Positions 8,553 through 18,182 of a stretch of DNA of 64,000 bases are shown one piece after another. The position numbers were made by a program, and so were the translations under genes. The notes under the pieces were generated by a model. That model had not been told where the DNA came from and ran no database searches. It saw nothing but the letters and a program-made list of their open reading frames with translations. How positions within the stretch are numbered: the first letter of the stretch is position 1; each line of letters opens with the position of its first letter. The DNA is from an uncultured bacterium (lineage in GTDB: Bacteria > Patescibacteriota > Saccharimonadia > UBA4664): contig CAVRET010000002.1 in assembly GCA_963720265.1 (NCBI GenBank), forward strand, positions 878,069-942,068, written 5' to 3'.

Positions 8553-11500
8553 CTAGTTCAGCTCTTCGGGCTTATGCAAATGAATCAGCGACCATTTCTC
8601 GCCTTCGTCCGCGTCGTCACCAAGATAGGGTACGGCGATTGCGCTCAGAATCATTCCGTCGGCCAATTTGAGGGGCGTACCACCCTGCTTTAGATGCCCT
8701 CTACGACCGCCTTTTTCTTCTGTATCCTCACCCCAGTTGTAAAGCTCGTTATTGGTATCATTTTGAGCTTTTGAGATTCTGATTAAGATACGAGTTGTAT
8801 CTGCTGCAAGCTCCCGACAGAATTGGGCCTCCTCATGATCCGCTAGAGTCGGCAGGAAATACGTTAATAGGGATAGTTCTTCGTCTAGTTCGCACGTTTC
8901 GTGAATTAGTTGGTAATCGGCCCGGTGTTGCTTATTGATATATTTAATGGTTGCTTCGATGGCATTAAGAGATGATCGAATATTTGGCCCAAATAGACCC
9001 ATCGAAGCAGCCTCCTGGTCTAGTGCTTTCGACTGCGCATAGTATTCGAGTTCAGAGAGGTTGCCAAACAGATTGTCGCTAAACTCATTGGCGAAATAGC
9101 ACATGATCCTATAGAGCGACACCAACTCACTTTCCCTAGAGAGTGTGATTGCGTGCTTATGCGCTAGCAACACCGCTTGACTTTCGCCCGTCTCTGTCTC
9201 CACACATGTGTACCCTTCCTGGCCCAGAGAGGTCTTTAGAAGTTCCACCTGTTGCTCGTCGACGAAAAATGGTCGCTCGGTAGCGAGTTCCAGGCTGCCT
9301 CCTACACAAAAATCAGAATGTCGCTCTTGTACGTCCTTTAATCCTGTGCGAAATAAGGCCGCTAGAACAAGAAAGAACCCAAACTTATGGTCGTTGCGCT
9401 CTAATAGGGCTTCCTCGAGCCCGGCTGCGTAGCCAACGTCGGTCATTCCAATCCATGGTTGGCACATCTGCCCGCGCTCCGACAAACCGGTTCTATCTGT
9501 TAGCCCCATTTCTGTGAGGCGTCGCCGCTGTGCGAGGAATTCTTCCACGCGCGCTCTTGAGAGGTGCACCCGCGACGGAAGATTAAGGCGTGAGAGTTCT
9601 AGCTCGGGGTCTTCCCACTTTTGCTCAAAGCTGTAAAGTGCTAATGGCTCAAGTGAAGCGGTCTTGAAGGGCAGCTTGATCGGCTCGTTCTTCATGCCTT
9701 CGCTGTTGAGCTCTGCGTCCGAATAAGTAGAGAAGAATGCATCTTGCTCATTCGTGATATAGCCAATGCCTGATCTCACCCTACCTACCCGCCCTACCCG
9801 TTGATAGAGAGAGTTTACGTTGAGCGGTGCTAATCTTGGGAGCACCTCATCAGCAACCACTATATTCTCGAAAGCGCTACCCATCGTAACTACAAAGTCT
9901 AAGCTGGGAAAGGTGACGCCCATCTCAACCACATTTGTAGAAATAATGACGTATTTTGATTTTTCACTCTCAATTTGCTCCATTCTGTGTTCGAAGTCTG
10001 CTTTCAAGGTAGGGTCGCGGTTTATAGCACTTGCAAGCTTCACTACTCGGACAACTATGGCCTCTTTGTTGAGTGAACCTTCAATGAGGCCAGCAATACG
10101 ATTAATATCGCTCGTCTCCGAGGCGTAGCTGTTGGCAATAATTAGCATCCCTTGCGCTGTGTCGTTGCTACCAAGTACTGCTTTCTTCACCTCTTCGCTG
10201 TAGGGGTATGAGGTATCGGGGAAATACTTAGAGTTAGGGTCCGGTTGGACCAACGTGCCTTTCACCAAGTCGACGATGCAATCCATCATTGGCTGCTTCA
10301 TATTGTGAAGCCAGATCTTGTGGCTCTGCTTATTGGCCAGTATAAGATTTTGTACTGCTAGCATGTCCTTGATGCCACGCGTTTCGACAGTTGCCGACAT
10401 GTAATCTACTGGTATATCTCGATTCCTGCATAGAGCGATGGCCAACTCTACTTCAGAATTCTGACCGATTGTTATGTGAGCTTCATCGATGATAATTCTA
10501 TCAGCACCCGGCACTAGGTTGTTGTTCTTGGCCATTTGCGCAAACACGCCAGTAGTAATGAATTTTATGGGAGCGTCTGGATTACGAGACTTTGCGGATG
10601 TTGCGCATCCGAATATTTCCGCTGATCTCGAAGGGTTAAGTTGAGAGCTTTTTTGTGTCTTCAAAAAATCTTCGAATGAATCGTTCATATGATCCATTTC
10701 ATTGGTGGCGATAGGAATTGTGGGCTCTACGACGAATACTCGAGGTAAGTCGGTGCATTCTGAACCATCATCACGACCTTGGTAGTACTTCTCGCACATG
10801 CGAAGGAAGACGTGCACAGGTGCTGCTACAGTCTTGCCCAAGCCAGTTGCGGCCACAAGGAAAAAAGGCTCTTCTTTAATCTGGGACAGGTAATTTGCGA
10901 TGCCTAACGGCCGTGGGTAAGTCAGAATATGTCCGAGGAACTCCACTATCAGTGAGACATCATACTTGGTAGACCCGCCCCGATAGCCTCGAACAAGCAG
11001 ACTAATTTTTGGGATATTGTAAGAAATGGCGGATGTGCGCTCGTTGGAACTTGAAACAGGGGCTTTTACATGCTGGGGTACTGCACCATCTTGCACAGTC
11101 GTGCCGCTTGACTCCTGGCTCGATGGAAGTTTTTTGACGTTGGCCTGAGGCTTTGAAGCTGGTGCCGCACCGGCTATGTCAGGTTTAATGTGCGCCTCCG
11201 AAATAGATAGTCGGATTTGCTTACCAGCCGCTTCGCTAGCCATTTGCTCCAATCTAGACCGACTTAGTTCATAGGCGAAATGTTTCGGGCCAGAAGCGGT
11301 TGCTGTAATGAATGGCAGATTAATTACATACTTCTCAGCATCGGCTAACAGGACCCTTGCCTCTTCTGCTGCATCTCGCATTCGCTGCTGAGCGGCTTTA
11401 TCAAGCGATAAGTCTATGCCTTGTTCTCTTTTAAATTCACCTATCAAGTAGCTTGCAAGTACAAGGCGATAGTCACTCTCGGCGAGCCGAATGCTGTGGT

Positions 11501-11813
11501 CAATTATGGCTACACGGTCGGAACGACTGTCCGAGTTTTGTGCGGGGTGGTTGGCTGCTTTAATATCGTCGGCAACGGCGATACGCCTTATGCCTATAGC
11601 CTGCCATTTCCATTTATGATTCTGCGGGGCGCGAGAATCAAGCTCAGGGTGCTCCTTGAGCCTAAAAATGACAACCTCGCCAGCTTCGAGTGGGGATTTG
11701 ATATATACGAGAGATTCGGCATCAAACCATATTTCGCAGTCAATTTCTCCACCAATTTTAATGAAGCCCGGTGAGTTTTGAGTACTTCTTTGAAGAACCT
11801 GTCCTGCGTACAC
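8553..11813 (-). CDS. large DEAH-type SF2 RNA/DNA helicase (1086 aa), HrpA/HrpB- or NS3-like core with about 320-aa N-terminal and about 400-aa C-terminal extensions
   Basis: Motif I VAATGLGKT, motif II IIIDEAHI, motif III SAT and motif VI QRVGRVGR are all present. The start is GTG preceded by GGGGAGG. It is followed by three translationally coupled genes. Confidence 0.7.
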   Translation of the reverse strand: MYAGQVLQRSTQNSPGFIKIGGEIDCEIWFDAESLVYIKSPLEAGEVVIFRLKEHPELDSRAPQNHKWKWQAIGIRRIAVADDIKAANHPAQNSDSRSDRVAIIDHSIRLAESDYRLVLASYLIGEFKREQGIDLSLDKAAQQRMRDAAEEARVLLADAEKYVINLPFITATASGPKHFAYELSRSRLEQMASEAAGKQIRLSISEAHIKPDIAGAAPASKPQANVKKLPSSQESSGTTVQDGAVPQHVKAPVSSSNERTSAISYNIPKISLLVRGYRGGSTKYDVSLIVEFLGHILTYPRPLGIANYLSQIKEEPFFLVAATGLGKTVAAPVHVFLRMCEKYYQGRDDGSECTDLPRVFVVEPTIPIATNEMDHMNDSFEDFLKTQKSSQLNPSRSAEIFGCATSAKSRNPDAPIKFITTGVFAQMAKNNNLVPGADRIIIDEAHITIGQNSEVELAIALCRNRDIPVDYMSATVETRGIKDMLAVQNLILANKQSHKIWLHNMKQPMMDCIVDLVKGTLVQPDPNSKYFPDTSYPYSEEVKKAVLGSNDTAQGMLIIANSYASETSDINRIAGLIEGSLNKEAIVVRVVKLASAINRDPTLKADFEHRMEQIESEKSKYVIISTNVVEMGVTFPSLDFVVTMGSAFENIVVADEVLPRLAPLNVNSLYQRVGRVGRVRSGIGYITNEQDAFFSTYSDAELNSEGMKNEPIKLPFKTASLEPLALYSFEQKWEDPELELSRLNLPSRVHLSRARVEEFLAQRRRLTEMGLTDRTGLSERGQMCQPWIGMTDVGYAAGLEEALLERNDHKFGFFLVLAALFRTGLKDVQERHSDFCVGGSLELATERPFFVDEQQVELLKTSLGQEGYTCVETETGESQAVLLAHKHAITLSRESELVSLYRIMCYFANEFSDNLFGNLSELEYYAQSKALDQEAASMGLFGPNIRSSLNAIEATIKYINKQHRADYQLIHETCELDEELSLLTYFLPTLADHEEAQFCRELAADTTRILIRISKAQNDTNNELYNWGEDTEEKGGRRGHLKQGGTPLKLADGMILSAIAVPYLGDDADEGEKWSLIHLHKPEELN

Positions 11814-11962
11814 CTTTAACAGCCTCCCCTGGATTTACGCCGTGTCTGAAGACGGGAATTACTTGATAGCGATTACCATTATTGTTACCAGCTTAGTGGA
11901 CATGTCGGAACGCCTCAATAAGCTTTAGAGATCTAGTATTGCGGCACACGTTGGTCTGTCAT

Positions 11963-12187
11963 TTACAGACCTTTTAGTAGTTCGCTCGGATCTACCTTGA
12001 GCGCTTTCGCGATCTTCAGGATCTTATCAACGTTCAAATTTCGCTCGCCGCGCTCGAGTTGCCCCATGTAGCTGGCAGATATTCCAATTTTCCAGGCGAG
12101 TTCTTCTTGCGACATTTCGCGCTGTTCGCGGTAGCGCCGGATCTTCTGGCCAATCTTTTTGTGGCCGCGTGAGAGTTCTTCATTCAT
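11963..12187 (-). CDS. XRE-family helix-turn-helix transcriptional regulator (74 aa)
   Basis: Sequence ...REMSQEELAWKIGISASYMGQLERGERNLNVDKILKIAKALKV is a classic XRE/Cro-C1 HTH. It sits 149 nt upstream of the helicase on the same strand. Confidence 0.7.
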   Translation of the reverse strand: MNEELSRGHKKIGQKIRRYREQREMSQEELAWKIGISASYMGQLERGERNLNVDKILKIAKALKVDPSELLKGL

Positions 12188-12314
12188 TACTCCTTATGAA
12201 TAGATGGAACAACGCATATAGACCAGTTACTATGTGCGCTATTGCCTCTTATGGTTGTATCCGTTATAAATGCACATAGTTACTAAACTTTAGCTGTATA
12301 GAGGAGGCCGACCC
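12188..12314. promoter_or_regulatory. divergent promoter/operator region with inverted repeat AGTTACTATGTGC ... GCACATAGTTACT
   Basis: Two copies of an approximately 13-nt element in inverted orientation are spaced about 37 bp apart, between the XRE gene and the divergent 12315 gene. This is a plausible XRE operator. Confidence 0.35.
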
Positions 12315-13049
12315 ATGCCGGATATTCGTCCCCCACATCAACAAAGCCCGCCAGTGGCCAGCCCGCCGCCATCAAGCTACGGAGATGTGACGAGGTCATG
12401 GTGGAAGTCACTTACTCGCCTGCAACGCAACCGCCTTATTGGCCTCGGGGTCCTGGTGGTACTGATTGGTGGTGGCCTTGTAGCCGGCCACTATAATCGC
12501 AGTTCCGGGACCACAAGCAACGCACCCATAGTAGCGGCCAACGGCACCACCAGTATTGGTAAGGGTACAGTATTTGCCTACAACGGTATTACCTACACGG
12601 TCCAATTCGCTGGTGTAGATTTAGAAGGTCAAAGCACTCAATCGGCAACTGGCATGCAAATTGAATACTTCTTTACCATCAAGTCTCAACCTGCCAATCT
12701 GAATCGTACGCCCGATACGTTTTACATTGATGCCGCGATACCCAAAGCAGAAGCACCGGATTGTGGCGTCAGCCCGACACCAATCCCGGCAGATTCTCTT
12801 GTGCAGGAAATTAACTACTTCGTGCCCGTCCCGCAGAAAGCTGGCTGGTGTGAGTGGTTCCAAGGCCTGAATGACCAAAGCAACTCGACCGCGTCTGCGG
12901 ATGACCCGAACGTACCGGATTACTCGCCAACGCCACAGGAAATTCAGTTAAACGAACTTAATGCACCCCTCAATCGCACGAAGGTAGTGCTTGTTATCCG
13001 GCCCAGTAGTGGCGGTAGCCAGTGGATCGTGCCGTATCCCAGCAATTAA
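12315..13049 (+). CDS. membrane-anchored/secreted hypothetical protein (244 aa), Pro-rich N-terminus with one TM segment
   Basis: RBS GGAGG precedes the ATG. The hydrophobic stretch LIGLGVLVVLIGGGLVAG is a TM segment. Confidence 0.55.
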   Translation: MPDIRPPHQQSPPVASPPPSSYGDVTRSWWKSLTRLQRNRLIGLGVLVVLIGGGLVAGHYNRSSGTTSNAPIVAANGTTSIGKGTVFAYNGITYTVQFAGVDLEGQSTQSATGMQIEYFFTIKSQPANLNRTPDTFYIDAAIPKAEAPDCGVSPTPIPADSLVQEINYFVPVPQKAGWCEWFQGLNDQSNSTASADDPNVPDYSPTPQEIQLNELNAPLNRTKVVLVIRPSSGGSQWIVPYPSN

Positions 13050-14500
13050 AAGCTGTGCGGTCGATAGTCAGTGTAGGCTACGAGCTCACTGCTAAAGGCG
13101 CGAGGAACGGCGGGCGGGATTGTGGCTGCCAGAGTCTCATTGGCGTCCCTAACAGCCTCCGTCACCATCCCCCGATGCGCCTCAAATAGAGCATTCCGCT
13201 GGTGCACCGCACGGCTCTGCTGTTGAACCTGATCGCGCGCGCGACGGTAATGCGCTCTGTCCCCGAAATATTCGACGACCAGCGGAACGTCGTGGATCAA
13301 AATGGCTACGATAACTATCGCCATGAGTACGACAAATGGGTACTGCTGGATTAATACCGATATCACGCCAACTACCAGGAAGAACACCGCCATCTGCAGT
13401 CGCCGTCCCAGCATCGTGGCAAGCACCGGTTCTCGGGGAGGGGTCGGCAGGGCAACGGGATTTTTAAGACATGCACTGGCTTCGTCCCGCATATTCGACA
13501 AGCTCATCTGCATACGACGGCGGTAGATGGCCAGGTTGAGTACATTCGTTCGCGGCCCTGGCGCTCGCTTGGGCGGCGTCGGCTTCTCGCGCGTCATCGG
13601 CACGCCGGCTTGGTGGCACGCGTCGTAGAGATTGTCCCACGAAGTATTGAGTGCCCGAGCCTGGGTCACGAGCGTTCGACAGGACTCCTGGGTGGCTTCG
13701 TCAATTCGATCTAATTCCATAGACTCGGCGGCGATTACCAGCTCCGCGTCGATGAGAAAGGCTTTAGCCAGCTCCCGCTCAGCCACCTCTCGCTGCTGCG
13801 GTCCGTTGGCGTACTTCATGAGTGGCAACGCAACGTCGGGACAGTCGCGGGATATGGCGCGCCGCAGTACTTCCCAACCGGCGCGTTCGTTGCCGATTTG
13901 CGCGTAGCACCGGGCGGATAAGATGGCGGCCTCAGCGCTCAAGGCTGGGTTAGCGTCAGCAAACAAAGCGCTATCGGCAAACGCCGCCGCTGCTACATCG
14001 GGCTGATCGTTACTGGCATACAGAAAGCCCAGGGCGTGCCAGGCCACAAAGTCCGTCGGATTGAGGGCGACAGCATGTTTGAGGTGCTGGACAGCCAGTA
14101 GCAACTTATCTTTGGACGCAAGATACAGGCCCTTTTCGCGCCTGGCGGCGGCCCTGGCATCATCCCAGTTTGAGAGGATCTGCACGATTTGATCAAGCTG
14201 GGCTGAGATCTGTAGGAGCTGGCGAAGCGTCAGCACGAAGCCGACGTGTGTGATCGCAACTAAATTGCCCAGGTTGAGGGCAATGTGCCTACGGTCGGTT
14301 GCGGCTTCGGTCTCAAGTTGGGTAATCGCTCTTAGTCCAGCATCCACCCTATCGTCCATGCGGGCGATGTTACGACCGACATATTTGGTCGTGCGCCGGA
14401 GCTCAGTGAGATCCACGTGCTGCCGCGCGGCAATAGACCGCATAGTTTTTTCGTAACTGGCGGTTTGACGCTGAATCGTTTGTTCGACGGCACTAGACAT
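13046..14500 (-). CDS. TPR-like repeat protein with C-terminal transmembrane segments (484 aa)
   Basis: Ala/Leu-rich helical repeats (AWHALGFLYASNDQPDVAAAAF...) and the C-terminal hydrophobic run MAVFFLVVGVISVLIQQYPFVVLMAIVIVAILI. Confidence 0.5.
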   Translation of the reverse strand: MSSAVEQTIQRQTASYEKTMRSIAARQHVDLTELRRTTKYVGRNIARMDDRVDAGLRAITQLETEAATDRRHIALNLGNLVAITHVGFVLTLRQLLQISAQLDQIVQILSNWDDARAAARREKGLYLASKDKLLLAVQHLKHAVALNPTDFVAWHALGFLYASNDQPDVAAAAFADSALFADANPALSAEAAILSARCYAQIGNERAGWEVLRRAISRDCPDVALPLMKYANGPQQREVAERELAKAFLIDAELVIAAESMELDRIDEATQESCRTLVTQARALNTSWDNLYDACHQAGVPMTREKPTPPKRAPGPRTNVLNLAIYRRRMQMSLSNMRDEASACLKNPVALPTPPREPVLATMLGRRLQMAVFFLVVGVISVLIQQYPFVVLMAIVIVAILIHDVPLVVEYFGDRAHYRRARDQVQQQSRAVHQRNALFEAHRGMVTEAVRDANETLAATIPPAVPRAFSSELVAYTDYRPHSF

Positions 14501-14661
14501 ACTGTCTTGTTTATTTCCTCACAAACTTGGTAATCGGATAGAATTACACAAACTTTCTGTCGTGTCAATGTTTTTTGCTTTTCCAGGGCCATTTTTCAGG
14601 TTTGAAGCCTGTCATGCTTGACTGATGTAATTTTACAGCGCTATGCTCTTAGCCATCCGCT

Positions 14662-14853
14662 GTGAATTTACAGCATTTAACCGAAAGGGGGTCAGGTATG
14701 ACGAAAAAAATCAAAGTGAAGGTGGTACGGCGCGAGCCGATCGACGCCGAAAAGCTCGCCTCAGCGCTGGTAGAAATCGCCATTAGGGTGGTTAAGAAGC
14801 CGAGCGAAACGACGAGCAAGGACTCGGCTAACGGGACAACTGACCATGAATGA
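14662..14853 (+). CDS. small hypothetical protein (63 aa; probable Met start MTKKIKVKV at 14698 after GGGGG RBS)
   Basis: ORF track. First of three overlapping, translationally coupled genes that lead into the TraD-like gene. Confidence 0.35.
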   Translation: MNLQHLTERGSGMTKKIKVKVVRREPIDAEKLASALVEIAIRVVKKPSETTSKDSANGTTDHE

Positions 14854-15004
14854 TCATATTCGGGCGAGAATTGCGCGCGGCAGGTTGCCGGAGATCAAGC
14901 AGATTGGTTCGGATCGGCCGGATGTTCCAGCGATTCTGTCGCTTAACAAGAGCCGACACCGCAAGCCACGCGACGCACGGCGAGTGAGGCGGTCCGATGT
15001 TTAA
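14846..15004 (+). CDS. small Arg-rich basic protein (52 aa), not in the ORF track
   Basis: Its ATG overlaps the previous stop (ATGAATGA) and its TAA overlaps the TraD-like ATG at 14997. Translation is MNDHIRARIARGRLPEIKQIGSDRPDVPAILSLNKSRHRKPRDARRVRRSDV. Confidence 0.25.
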   Translation: MNDHIRARIARGRLPEIKQIGSDRPDVPAILSLNKSRHRKPRDARRVRRSDV

Positions 15005-17303
15005 CGCGCTTGCCGAACTACTGCTGTTAGGTGCTACCGGCGTCGTGGCCGTCCGGTGCGTGGAGCAATATCGCATCGAGATGCACCGCCTGGCCTACGA
15101 GTTATATTTTCCGCATGGGCTGAAGCCTGACGCTGTCGCTGACTACATGCGGATCGTAGCCCATATGTTGCCTCGGCCAAAATTTCGCATCCTTGCGCAC
15201 ACGTCGTTTGTGCTTGAGACCCGCGCATCTCACGAGGGCATTCGGCACGTGGTGCACCTGCCTGAAACTTATGCTGGAACGCTTCTGGCGCAATTACACG
15301 CGGTTGTTCCGGGCGTTCGAGCCGTACAACTTCACTCAGCAGGCAGAACCGTGCAACCCCTGGTAACTCGTGAGTTGCGACTGACGAACCGGCTCTACCC
15401 GCTGAATGTCGACCATGCCAATGCCGCAACCCTGGCCATGCTGGCTAGTCTGCAGCCGCTAGAGCGCGGTGAATCGGTTGTCGTCCAGATGGTTATGGCC
15501 CCGGTCACGTCTCCGAGCCTGCCCCGGCAGCGTTCGCCCAAGCCGTATCAGATCCCCCTGCCCTGGTGGTCGCGTATGTTGTTTGACGTTGTAACTTCAA
15601 ACCCGCTGACGCCGGATCAACGGGCGGCGGCCGAGCTAAAGCTAGCCGAGCCGGCCTTTAGTGGCACGCTGCGGATCGGAGCACAAGCTCGCACGCGACG
15701 CCGCAGTCGCCACCTGGTGCGGTGCCAAATCGCACCACTGCAAATTTTGAGCACCCAGCAAGCCCGGTTCGTTCGCCGCCGCGTGCCAAGCGTCGTTGCG
15801 ACGTGGGCATTTGAACGGGCGTTCCTGCCGATCGTGCTATTTCCGGTCACGCTCAATGCGGTCGAGCTGGCCAGTCTGTCAACCTGGCCGATCCTATCAC
15901 CGGTTCTCCCCGGACTTAGGATCGGAGCCAGCAGACTGGTGCCACCGCCGGTTGCTATTCCGGTTTCCGGTCACGTCTTAGGCGAAGCGAATTATCCCGG
16001 CACGACCAGACCGGTGGCGGTCAGTGTGAGCGCCAGCTTGCGACACACCTACGTCATTGGCCCGACCGGCAGCGGGAAATCTACGCTCCTCATCAACTTG
16101 GCCGTCCAGGACATGGCGGCCGGACGAGGTCTGGCGGTGTTCGATCCCAAGGGTGACCTCATTGAGGACTTACTGGCGCGCGTACCGAGACATCGGCTGG
16201 GTGACGTCGTCGTGATTGACCCGACCGACCCAACTCGCGCCGTTGGCCTCAACTTACTCGATCACAGCGCGTCAATCAGTAGCGAACTAGCGGTTGACCA
16301 GATTGTGGGGACGTTCAAGCGACTGTTTGTCGGGTTCTGGGGACCGCGCACCGACGACGTCCTGCGCTCGTGCCTCCTGACACTGGCCCACCACCCCGAT
16401 ACCACGCTGGTTGATGTGCCGCTACTGCTGCAGGATTCGAAATATCGGGATCGACTGGTCGACGCCATCGACGATCCGGTTGGACTGGCACCATTTTGGA
16501 AATGGTACAAAGCCTTAAGCGACAAAGAGCGTAGTCAAGTGGTCGGGCCGGTGCTGAACAAATTGCGGGCGTTACTGCTGCGTAAGGCCGTCCGTGACAT
16601 TGTGGGACAACCCCAGTCCACTATCCGCATGAGCGAGATTATCGCCCAGAACAAGATTCTGCTTGTGAGTTTGCCAAAAGGCCTACTGGGTGAGGATACC
16701 AGCTCGTTACTGGGCTCACTGTTGGTGATGAATTTGTACCAGGCGGCAACACAACGCGCCAGCTTGCCGGTCGAACAGCGCACCCCGTTTTTCTGCTATA
16801 TCGACGAATTTCAGGACTATCTGAACCTGCCTCAAGGAGTTGAAACGATCCTGGCCCAGGCGCGAGGGTTCGGATTTGCCCTGGTTATGGCGCATCAGCA
16901 CCTGGCTCAGTTGTCCAAAGAAGTCCGCGACGGCGTGCTGGCCAATGCCCGCACCAAGGTGGTGTTCCAGACGGCCGCCAGTGACGCTCGGACGCTGGCG
17001 GACGAATTCGAGCCTCACATTACGGCGAGCGACTTACAGAACCTCGAACCACATCAGGCGTTTGCAATGGTGGCATTGAACAACCAGCCAGCGGCGGTTA
17101 CCAGTATCGCGACCGCTCCGCCGCCACCACCGTCAAGCGATCCGCAGCGGATAAAGGCCATGTCGGCGGCCAAGTACGGAACGAGCCGCTACGACATTGA
17201 GCAATTCATGCGCTCACGCCATGTGGCCGACTATGCCACCGCCCCGGATCAGTCAACGGGGACCGACGTTGAATCTACCGAAGGGTTTACCGATGGTTTG
17301 TAG
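14997..17303 (+). CDS. TraD/TraG/VirD4-like type IV coupling protein family P-loop ATPase (FtsK/HerA superfamily), 768 aa
   Basis: Walker A VIGPTGSGKSTLLINL and Walker B FFCYIDEFQDY are present, along with a C-terminal acidic tail. A paralog lies at 40808..43432. Confidence 0.7.
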   Translation: MFNALAELLLLGATGVVAVRCVEQYRIEMHRLAYELYFPHGLKPDAVADYMRIVAHMLPRPKFRILAHTSFVLETRASHEGIRHVVHLPETYAGTLLAQLHAVVPGVRAVQLHSAGRTVQPLVTRELRLTNRLYPLNVDHANAATLAMLASLQPLERGESVVVQMVMAPVTSPSLPRQRSPKPYQIPLPWWSRMLFDVVTSNPLTPDQRAAAELKLAEPAFSGTLRIGAQARTRRRSRHLVRCQIAPLQILSTQQARFVRRRVPSVVATWAFERAFLPIVLFPVTLNAVELASLSTWPILSPVLPGLRIGASRLVPPPVAIPVSGHVLGEANYPGTTRPVAVSVSASLRHTYVIGPTGSGKSTLLINLAVQDMAAGRGLAVFDPKGDLIEDLLARVPRHRLGDVVVIDPTDPTRAVGLNLLDHSASISSELAVDQIVGTFKRLFVGFWGPRTDDVLRSCLLTLAHHPDTTLVDVPLLLQDSKYRDRLVDAIDDPVGLAPFWKWYKALSDKERSQVVGPVLNKLRALLLRKAVRDIVGQPQSTIRMSEIIAQNKILLVSLPKGLLGEDTSSLLGSLLVMNLYQAATQRASLPVEQRTPFFCYIDEFQDYLNLPQGVETILAQARGFGFALVMAHQHLAQLSKEVRDGVLANARTKVVFQTAASDARTLADEFEPHITASDLQNLEPHQAFAMVALNNQPAAVTSIATAPPPPPSSDPQRIKAMSAAKYGTSRYDIEQFMRSRHVADYATAPDQSTGTDVESTEGFTDGL

Positions 17304-18179
17304 ATGCGCTCGCATCTTCAGGCTTTGGGGCAACCTTCATCACAGATTAAGACAGGTGACTCTCTTAGTACTAAGGCATGTGCAATGACGCAGCTTCAGC
17401 GGCACAGCCGTGATGACCTGCTAACGACGGCCAAGCGCTTAACGGACCGTGACCGCGCCATTGTGGCAACGCTGGCAAGCGTGCGCCTGGCAACTGCCGA
17501 GCATATTCGACAACTCCACTTTGCGACTGGTTCACCAATTTCAACTGGCCGGGACTGCCGACGAGTCCTCAACCGCTTAATCGGGCTCGGGGTGGTGAGC
17601 GTGCTCGACCAGGGACAGCGTCGCAGTAATGGTGGCCGATGGCCTCACTACTACCGACTCGGCTCTGTCGGACAACGCTTGGTCTGGCCGGAGCGTAGGC
17701 GCTATCCCCAAATTCTGCCGATGGGCAGTCAGTTTCGCGCCCATATCCTGGCCCTGACGGATCTGTATGTGGCAATTCATGTCGCCGCTAGTTCCGGGGC
17801 GGTTGAGATCCGCAGATGCCAAACCGAACCGCGATGCTGGCGGAGAACATCGGCGCTACGATCCGGGACATTAAAGCCCGATATGTATTTACTCTTGGGT
17901 CGCCAGCGCGTAATCCAGGCTACGTTCATCGAAATGGATATGGCGACCGAGCCGCCCGTGCGGATTCGCGCCAAACTTAACCAGTATTACGACTACTGGG
18001 CCAGCGGCCGCGAACAGGAGCGCACTAAGCTATTTCCGCGGGTGCTGTTTCTGGTTCCCAACCAGACGCGTCTAACGCAAATCCAGCAAATAATTAGCGA
18101 CCAACCCAAGTACATGCAGGCCCTGTTCACGGCTGCCCTGCAAGCAGACGCCATACCAACCTTAATTGGAGGACTTTAG
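17304..18179 (+). CDS. replication-relaxation family protein (winged-helix), 291 aa
   Basis: The N-terminal wHTH LTDRDRAIVATLASVRLATAEHIRQL...RRVLNRLIGLGVV resembles the Replic_Relax family, and a paralog sits at 39958..40713 in the same position relative to a TraD-like gene. The ATG at 17304 is coupled to the TraD stop (TAGATG). An alternative start is at 17385 (MTQLQRH). Confidence 0.5.
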   Translation: MRSHLQALGQPSSQIKTGDSLSTKACAMTQLQRHSRDDLLTTAKRLTDRDRAIVATLASVRLATAEHIRQLHFATGSPISTGRDCRRVLNRLIGLGVVSVLDQGQRRSNGGRWPHYYRLGSVGQRLVWPERRRYPQILPMGSQFRAHILALTDLYVAIHVAASSGAVEIRRCQTEPRCWRRTSALRSGTLKPDMYLLLGRQRVIQATFIEMDMATEPPVRIRAKLNQYYDYWASGREQERTKLFPRVLFLVPNQTRLTQIQQIISDQPKYMQALFTAALQADAIPTLIGGL

Positions 18180-18182
18180 CCT

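Noticed and set aside
15034-17079. ORFs antisense or out of frame within the TraD-like gene (15034..15429, 16049..16252, 16716..17018, 16840..17079 and others)
   Set aside because: They are nested in a well-supported P-loop ATPase frame and are low-complexity.
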